From: Eledone cirrhosa
Taxonomy: Eukaryota
Assembly: GCA_964016885.1 (NCBI GenBank)
Contig: OZ024746.1
Span: 84,692,001-84,756,000, forward strand
Length of the DNA: 64,000 bases
Reading direction: 5' to 3'
The notes under the pieces were generated by a model. The model worked only from the letters and a program-made list of their open reading frames with translations, had not been told where the DNA came from and made no database searches. Within the stretch, counting starts at the first letter, position 1. Each line of letters starts with the position of its first letter. Below, in pieces: positions 55,697 through 64,000 of this stretch. A program made the position numbers and the translations under genes.

Positions 55697-57000
55697 GGCT
55701 TGTGGTGGTGTGTGGTGATTGTGATGGTGCATTGGGCTTGTGGTGGTGTGTGGTGATTGTGATGGTGCATTGAGCTTGTGGTGGTGTGTGGTGATTGTGA
55801 TGGTGCATTGAGCTTGTGGTGGTGTGTGGTGATTGTGATGGTGCATGGAGCTTGTGGTGGTGTGTGGTGATTGTGATGGTGCATTGGGCTTGTGGTGGTG
55901 TGTGGTGATTGTGATGGTGCATGGAGCTTGTGGTGGTGTGTGGTGATTGTGATGGTGCATGGAGCTTGTGGTGGTGTGTGGTGATTGTGATGGTGCATGG
56001 AGCTTGTGGTGGTGTGTGGTGATTGTGATGGTGCATTGAGCTTGTGGTGGTGTGTGGTGATTGTGATGGTGCATGGAGCTTGTGGTGGTGTGTGGTGATT
56101 GTGATGGTGCATGGAGCTTGTGGTGGTGTGTGGTGATTGTGATGGTGCATGGAGCTTGTGGTGGTGTGTGGTGATTGTGATGGTGCATGGAGCTTGTGGT
56201 GGTGTGTGGTGATTGTGATGGTGCATGGAGCTTGTGGTGGTGTGTGGTGATTGTGATGGTGCATTGGGCTTGTGGTGGTGTGTGGTGATTGTGATGGTGC
56301 ATGGAGCTTGTGGTGGTGTGTGGTGATTGTGATGGTGCATGGAGCTTGTGGTGGTGTGTGGTGATTGTGATGGTGCATTGAGCTTGTGGTGGTGTGTGGT
56401 GATTGTGATGGTGCATGGAGCTTGTGGTGGTGTGTGGTGATTGTGATGGTGCATGGAGCTTGTGGTGGTGTGTGGTGATTGTGATGGTGCATGGAGCTTG
56501 TGGTGGTGTGTGGTGATTGTGATGGTGCATGGAGCTTGTGGTGGTGTGTGGTGATTGTGATGGTGCATTGAGCTTGTGGTGGTGTGTGGTGATTGTGATG
56601 GTGCATTGGGCTTGTGGTGGTGTGTGGTGATTGTGATGGTGCATGGAGCTTGTGGTGGTGTGTGGTGATTGTGATGGTGCATGGAGCTTGTGGTGGTGTG
56701 TGGTGATTGTGATGGTGCATTGAGCTTGTGGTGGTGTGTGGTGATTGTGATGGTGCATGGAGCTTGTGGTGGTGTGTGGTGATTGTGATGGTGCATGGAG
56801 CTTGTGGTGGTGTGTGGTGATTGTGATGGTGCATGGAGCTTGTGGTGGTGTGTGGTGATTGTGATGGTGCATTGAGCTTGTGGTGGTGTGTGGTGATTGT
56901 GATGGTGCATTGAGCTTGTGGTGGTGTGTGGTGATTGTGATGGTGCATTGAGCTTGTGGTGGTGTGTGGTGATTGTGATGGTGCATGGAGCTTGTGGTGG
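55697..57000. repeat. 38-bp minisatellite, about 34 copies
   Basis: Unit gcttgtggtggtgtgtggtgattgtgatggtgcat(g/t)g(a/g), with only two variable positions. Confidence 0.97.
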
Positions 57001-57049
57001 TGGTGGTGGTGGTGACTGGTTGATGTGATGCTGGTGGTGGTATTGGTAG

Positions 57050-59107
57050 GGTTGATTGGATAGTAGGTAAGATGGATGGTTAGTTGATTGGATAGTAGGT
57101 AAGATGGATGGTTAGTTGATTGGATAGTAGGTAAGGTGGATGGTTAGTTGACTGGATAGTAGGTAAGGAGGATGGTTAGTTGACTGGATAGTAGGTAAGG
57201 TGGATGGTTAGTTGACTGGATAGCAGGCTAGATGGATGGTTAGTTGACTGGATAGTAGGTAAGGTGGATGGTTAGTTGACTGGATAGTAGGTTATATGGA
57301 TGGTTAGTTGACTGGATAGCAGGTAAGATGGATGGTTAGTTGACTGGATAGTAGGCTAGATGGATGGTTAGTTGACTGGATAGTAGGTTATATGGATGGT
57401 TAGTTGACTGGATAGCAGGTAAGATGGATGGTTAGTTGAATGGATAGTAGGCTAGATGGATGGTTAGTTGACTGGATAGTAGGCTAGATGGATGGTTAGT
57501 TGACTAGATGGTAGGCTAGATGGATGGTTAGTTGACTGGATAGCAGGTTAGATGGATGGTTAGTTGACTGGATAGCAGGTTAGATGGATGGTTAGTTGAC
57601 TGGATAGTAGGTTAGATGGATGGTTAGTTGACTGGATAGTAGGCTAGATGGATGGTTAGTTGACTGGATAGTAGGCTAGATGGATGGTTAGTTGACTGGA
57701 TAGTAGGTAAGATGGATGGTTAGTTGACTGGATAGCAGGTTAGATGGATGGTTAGTTGACTGGATAGTAGGCTAGATGGATGGTTAGTTGACTGGATAGT
57801 AGGTTAGATGGATGGTTAGTTGACTGGATAGTAGGTTAGATGGATGGTTAGTTGACTGGATAGTAGGTTAGATGGATGGTTAGTTGACTGGATAGTAGGC
57901 TAGATGGATGGTTAGTTGACTGGATAGTAGGTTAGATGGATGGTTAGTTGACTGGATAGTAGGTTAGATGGATGGTTAGTTGACTGGATAGCAGGTTAGA
58001 TGGATGGTTAGTTGCCTGGATAGCAGGCTAGATGGATGGTTAGTTGACTGGATAGTAGGTTAGATGGATGGTTAGTTGACTGGATAGTAGGTTAGATGGA
58101 TGGTTAGTTGACTGGATAGTAGGCTAGATGGATGGTTAGTTGACTGGATAGTAGGTTAGATGGATGGTTAGTTGACTGGATAGTAGGTAAGATGGATGGT
58201 TAGTTGACTGGATAGTAGGTAAGATGGATGGTTAGTTGACTGGATAGTAGGTAAGATGGATGGTTAGTTGACTGGATAGTAGGCTAGATGGATGGTTAGT
58301 TGACTGGATAGTAGGTTAGATGGATGGTTAGTTGACTGGATAGTAGGTTATATGGATGGTTAGTTGACTGGATAGTAGGCTAGATGGATGGTTAGTTGAT
58401 TGGATAGTAGGCTAGATGGATGGTTAGTTGACTGGATAGTAGGCTAGATGGATGGTTAGTTGACTGGATAGTAGGTTAGATGGATGGTTAGTTGACTGGA
58501 TAGTGGGTAAGATGGATGGTTAGTTGACTGGATAGTAGGTAAGATGGATGGTTAGTTGACTGGATAAAAGGTTAGATGGATGGTTAGTTGACTGGATAGC
58601 AGGTTAGATGGATGGTTAGTTGACTGGATAGTAGGTTAGATGGATGGTTAGTTGACTGGATAGCAGGTTAGATGGATGGTTAGTTGACTGGATAGCATGT
58701 TAGATGGATGGTTAGTTGACTGGATAGTAGGTTAGATGGATGGTTAGTTGACTGGATAGCAGGTTAGATGGATGGTTAGTTGACTGGATAGTAGGTTAGA
58801 TGGATGGTTAGTTGACTGAATAGTAGGTTAGATGGATGGTTAGTTGACTGGATAGTAGGTTATATGGATGGTTAGTTGACTGGATAGTAGGTTAGATTGA
58901 TGGTTAGTTGACTGGATAGTAGGTTATATGGATGGTTAGTTGACTGAATAGTAGGTTAGATGGATGGTTAGTTGACTGGATAGCAGGTTAGATGGATGGT
59001 TAGTTGACTGGATAGTAGGTAAGATGGATGGTTAGTTGACTGGATAGCAGGTTAGATGGATGGTTAGTTGACAGGATAGTAGGCTAGATGGATGGTTAGT
59101 TGACTGA
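57050..59107. repeat. 32-bp minisatellite, about 64 copies
   Basis: Unit ggatggttagttgactggatagtaggttagat; period checked at 57241/57273. Confidence 0.97.
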
Positions 59108-59134
59108 ATCAGAGGTAGAGAGTGAGAGAGAGGT

Positions 59135-59202
<68 letters not shown>

Positions 59203-59373
59203 TGAAAGAGAGAGAGAGAGAGAGGGGGTGGAAGAGAGAGTGAGTGAGAGAGAAACAAAGAAAGAAGTGACAAAGACAGACTGACAGGGGGAAGAAAAGT
59301 GACAGAGAGGACAAAGTGAACATTAGATGAATATGTACACATATTACATATGTATGTATAATATACATATATG

Positions 59374-59453
<80 letters not shown>

Positions 59454-59460
59454 TATACAT

Positions 59461-59527
<67 letters not shown>

Positions 59528-59896
59528 GTGAAGGCGTGTGACATATATATAATAAGAATGAGAGGGTGAGTGGGAAAAGAGAGAGCGGAGGGTGGACAGA
59601 AAGTAATAGTTAAGTGATCGGTTTGGTGAGTTAACCGATTTGGGGCTTTCAGGGAAAGGTCTTATTTCAGAGCGTCCATGGAGATGTTCTTGAATGTCAG
59701 CGGAATATGAGATATCTATCAACAACAGAGAAAGAGAGAGAGAGGGAGAGAGAGAGAGAGAGGGAGAGAGAGGGGGAGAGAGGGGGAGGGAGTAGTATTA
59801 TCTTTGTATAACCGGTTCTTGTGTCGCTTTTAGTTTAGGTTGACGCCTGTTTTCATTGAATATCTTTTGCATTCTCTAGAACCCCTGCACAGTGAA

Positions 59897-59957
<61 letters not shown>

Positions 59958-60011
59958 TGTATGTATGTATGTATTAATATATGTGAAAATATAAACACAC
60001 ACACACATATT

Positions 60012-60129
<118 letters not shown>

Positions 60130-60409
60130 TAGATGTGCGCACACGTGTACCGAAACACGCATGCACACATTCACATATACATGAAAGCACACGCTATTAA
60201 CCACTTCAATTTATATGTTGATTCGTTGAGAAGTTTTTGACAGTGATGAATAATTGTTGACAGTCCCCGATCTCGGAACTTATGATCCCATTTAGACCAT
60301 CCTACACACCATTTGCTAACCCCTATTATATAACAGTAAACATGAGACAGCAAAAAGTGAAATGCCCCCCCCCCCCCAAAAAAAAAATCATAGACGTGCG
60401 CACAAACAT

Positions 60410-60452
<43 letters not shown>

Positions 60453-61343
60453 ACGTGTGTGTGTGTGTACATATATTTGAAAGTGTATGTATGTATGTTG
60501 CCGAAACACTCCGAAATGATACGTCCTAGAGAAACAGGGATTTGATTTTCGAAATCTGCGTCCTAAGGAGAAGGTTTTTGGGCACACCGAGTTTATTAAT
60601 TACAAAATGAATAAAAGAAAAACAAATACATATACATAAACTTATACCATTTCTATTAACGAAAATATCAATTAATACGCAGAATGAAAAGGTGACAGAT
60701 AGCCAATCAGATTCCAGAATGGACGTTACTGACACATAGTTTTTCATCATCCATCAAAACGCTCCTTTCTTCGATTTCGTTAGATAGATAAGAGCGTTAA
60801 AAGCGTAACATTCTAAAGAGTAGAATAATATTAAAGATATTAATTATCCGACATGGAAGATTATTTGGTGAAATACGCTGTTCATTCACAATTTACATGA
60901 AGGTATCGGTTAATATTTCTTTGGTATCTTAGAAAATGTTTCTAAATATCGTAGATGATATAACATTTTCAATAAGAACAATGTTAAATTAAGTTACACA
61001 CGTTCACAGAATTCTGCACCCTAAATAGCAAGTGTCAATAATAGATCCTTTAAAAGGCTATCTACTGCTAACTATTCAAGTTTCCTTGATGTTGTTCTTG
61101 TCAACGTAGAACAATGTTCTTTTCGGAGCTTCTTTATTCTTTTTGTCTTTTAGACATCATTTAACTACTTCACTCGTTTTCAAAGTATGAGACTTGATTT
61201 GAGAAAAATTTTGCTATTTTCACAGCAGATTGAGCCACCTCTGTTGGCTCGTTGTAGTTGTAATTGCCAATAATGATGATATCTATGGTAATGATGATAT
61301 TGATGATGTGGAGGATGAGGAATGTAACAACATTTTCATCACT

Positions 61344-61377
<34 letters not shown>

Positions 61378-61504
61378 CCAGCACAACAACAAGTGACATA
61401 AATAAACAATGTAATGGAATAACCGAAAGACAAAGTGTGACTCAAGAAAAACACGGAAACTGCCAGAACGACATAACATGTATAAAGGAGAAAAGAAAGA
61501 AGGA

Positions 61505-61564
<60 letters not shown>

Positions 61565-61699
61565 GATAATGAAGATATAAATTAATAAGCAGATATAGAT
61601 AGAGTGAAGGATGCTGGGAAGGGAGGAAAGAAAAAGGAGTGGAAATGTATTATTTGAAATGGGGAAAATAGAAGAGACTCGAGGGTTAAAAAAACATGG

Positions 61700-62760
61700 C
61701 CATGCAAATAATGATGATGATGATGCTTATGAAGTTGATGCTGCTGCTGCTGATGACGATGATGATTATGATGATGATTATGATGATGATTATGATGATG
61801 ATTATGAGGATGATTATGATGATGATTATGGTGATGATGATAATTATGTTGTGATGGGGATGGAGGTTGTGATGATCGAGTGGTAGTGGTGATGGTGGTG
61901 CTGGAGGTGGTGGTAGTTGTGGTTGTGGTGGTGGTGATGGTAGTGGTGGGGGTGGTAATGGTGATGGTAGTGGTGGAGGTGGTAGTTGTGGTTGTGATGG
62001 AAGTGGTAGTGGTGATGGTGGGGGTGGAGGTGGTAGTGGTGATGGTGGGGGTGGAGGTGGTAGTGGTGATGGTAGTGGTGGAGGTGGTAGTTGTGGAGGT
62101 GGTAGTGGTGGAGGTGGTGGTGGTGATGGTAGTTGTGGAGGTGGTAGTGATGATGGTAGTGGTGGAGCTGGTAGTGGTTATGGTAGTGGTGGAGCTGGTA
62201 GTGATGATGGTAGTGGTGGAGCTGGTAGTGGTGGAGGTGGTAGTGATGATGGTAGTGGTGGAGGTGGTGGTGGTGATGGTGGTGGTGGAGATGGTAGTGA
62301 TGATGGTAGTGGTGGAGCTGGTAGTGGTGATGGTAGTGGTGGAGGTGGTAGTGATGATGGTAGTGGTGGAGCTGGTAGTGGTGGAGGTGGTAGTGATGAT
62401 GGTAGTGGTGGAGGTGGTGGTGGTGATGGTGGTGGTGGAGGTGGTAGTGATGATGGTAGTGGTGGAGGTGGTGGTGATGGTAGTGGTGGAGGTGGTAGTG
62501 ATGATGGTAGTAGTGGAGCTGGTAGTGGTGATGGTAGTGGTGGCGGTGGTGGTGGTGGTAGTGATGGTAGTGATGGTAGTGGTGGAGGTGGTGGTGGTGA
62601 CGGTAGTGGTGGAGGTGGTAGTGATGATGGAAGTGGTGGAGCTGGTAGTGGTGATGGTAGTAGTGGAACTGGTAGTGGTGATGGTAGTGGTGGCGGTGGT
62701 GGTGGTGGAGATGGTGGTAGTGATGGTAGTGGTGGAGGTGGTAGTGGTGGAGGTGGTGGT
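61700..62760. repeat. (GAT)n then degenerate (GGT)n tract
   Basis: Direct inspection. Confidence 0.9.
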
Positions 62761-62989
62761 TCTTTTCTCTGCTCTTTTATACAAACATCTGTACGATATT
62801 TTCAGATCTTTTACTATCCCTATTATTTCCTTCTTTATTTCTTTTCTTTTCTATCTGTCTGTCTGTCTGTCTGTCTGACTGTCTGACTGTCTGTCTGTCT
62901 GACTGTCTGTCTGTCTGTCTGACTGTCTGTCTGTCTGGCTATTCTTGCTTCCATTCCTTTATTTACTCAATACAATCCGCGCTAACACC

Positions 62990-63529
62990 CCTCCGCTACT
63001 ACCAATACCATCGCGATCACCTCCACCACCTCCACCAGCACCGCCTCCACCATCATCACCACCACCACCACCACAATCACCACCAGCACCGCAACCACCA
63101 TAACCACCACCAGCACCACCATACCACCGCCACTAACACTACGAGCAGCAGCAGCACAACTACGACAACGACGGCGACGACCACAACCACCTCCACTACC
63201 ACCTCCACTACCACAATCACAACCACCTTCACCACCAACACTCCCACTACCGACACCACCAAAACCGCCACTACCAACACGACACCACCACCACCACTGC
63301 CGCTGCCACCAACAACAGCACCACCACCGCCGCCTCCAAGCCACAACCTCCATCACCAACAACAACACCACCACCACCACCACCACCGCCACCGCCACTA
63401 AGCCACAACCACCACCACCACCAACAACAACAACACCAACACCACCACCACCACCGCCGCCACTAAGCCACAACCACAACCACCACCACCAACAACAACA
63501 ACACCAACACCACCACCACCGTCACTAAG

Positions 63530-63560
<31 letters not shown>

Positions 63561-63600
63561 CACCACCACCACCACCACCACCGCAGCAGCACCCCGCCTC
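62990..63600. repeat. Degenerate (CCA)n tract
   Basis: Direct inspection; complementary in composition to 61880-62760. Confidence 0.9.
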
Positions 63601-63850
63601 CATAAAAAAAACCCTTCATATTCTTCATATCTTGAGAAAACTCAATTGTAATGAATTAAGCAAAAGCTATTGGCATCGTCATCATAGAGGGGGAGAGAGG
63701 GGAGAGAGGGGAGCAGGAGAAAGAAAGGGGGTGAGAGAAAGACGAAAGAGACTGGATGGGTTTTGGGTGGTAGGTTATGGTGGTGATGTAATAATGTTGA
63801 TATGCGTCGCGATGGATTTGGGGCTGGTATAGTAGTAGTAGTAGTAATAA

Positions 63851-63908
<58 letters not shown>

Positions 63909-64000
63909 TGTTGTTGTTGTCGTGACTGTTGACCACCAGGTCGGTTTTGTTCGAATTAGCCTATAATATCAACTTATTTTTCAGGCGCATGGATGGTTGT

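Noticed and set aside
55444-56986. Three 420-488 aa His/Thr-rich ORFs
   Set aside because: They are the three frames of a stop-free 38-bp minisatellite. The unit is not a multiple of 3, and there is no unique coding sequence.
55697-59107. CRISPR-like regular repeats
   Set aside because: Units are contiguous with no unique spacers, there are no cas genes, and the context is eukaryotic.
61582-62878. Mucin-like poly-Thr / poly-Val ORFs
   Set aside because: Translations of degenerate trinucleotide repeats, open on both strands, with no splice or domain support.

Overview
Eukaryotic, AT-rich, microsatellite-saturated genomic DNA. The repeat content (tRNA-derived SINEs with a GCCTTTCATCCTTACGGGGTCGATAAA core, a CORE-SINE, very abundant (TA)n/(CA)n) looks like an octopod cephalopod; this is inference. 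The only host gene I can support is the 3' part of a Vsx/Chx10 (visual system homeobox) gene on the minus strand. It has three spliced coding exons (50818-50941 homeodomain, 37636-37816 helix 3 plus CVC domain, 33457-34073 CVC end, OAR motif and polyQ tail); its 5' exons appear to lie beyond base 64000. Nearly all ORFs in the supplied track are microsatellite artefacts. The main unannotated signal is a set of at least 11 complete type-I hammerhead ribozyme motifs from about 6-7 dissimilar sequence families. Three long fold-back palindromes each carry an outward-facing hammerhead on both strands, two of them inside Vsx introns, and four families share a non-canonical U.U pair at the base of stem II. 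A decayed Penelope-like retroelement ORF (RT + GIY-YIG) in a Vsx intron fits a Penelope pLTR origin. The window also holds an R4/Dong-type retrotransposon tail in a (TATG)n tract, DNA-transposon relics and two adjacent minisatellites (38 bp and 32 bp). All folds and translations were done by eye; nothing was searched against databases.
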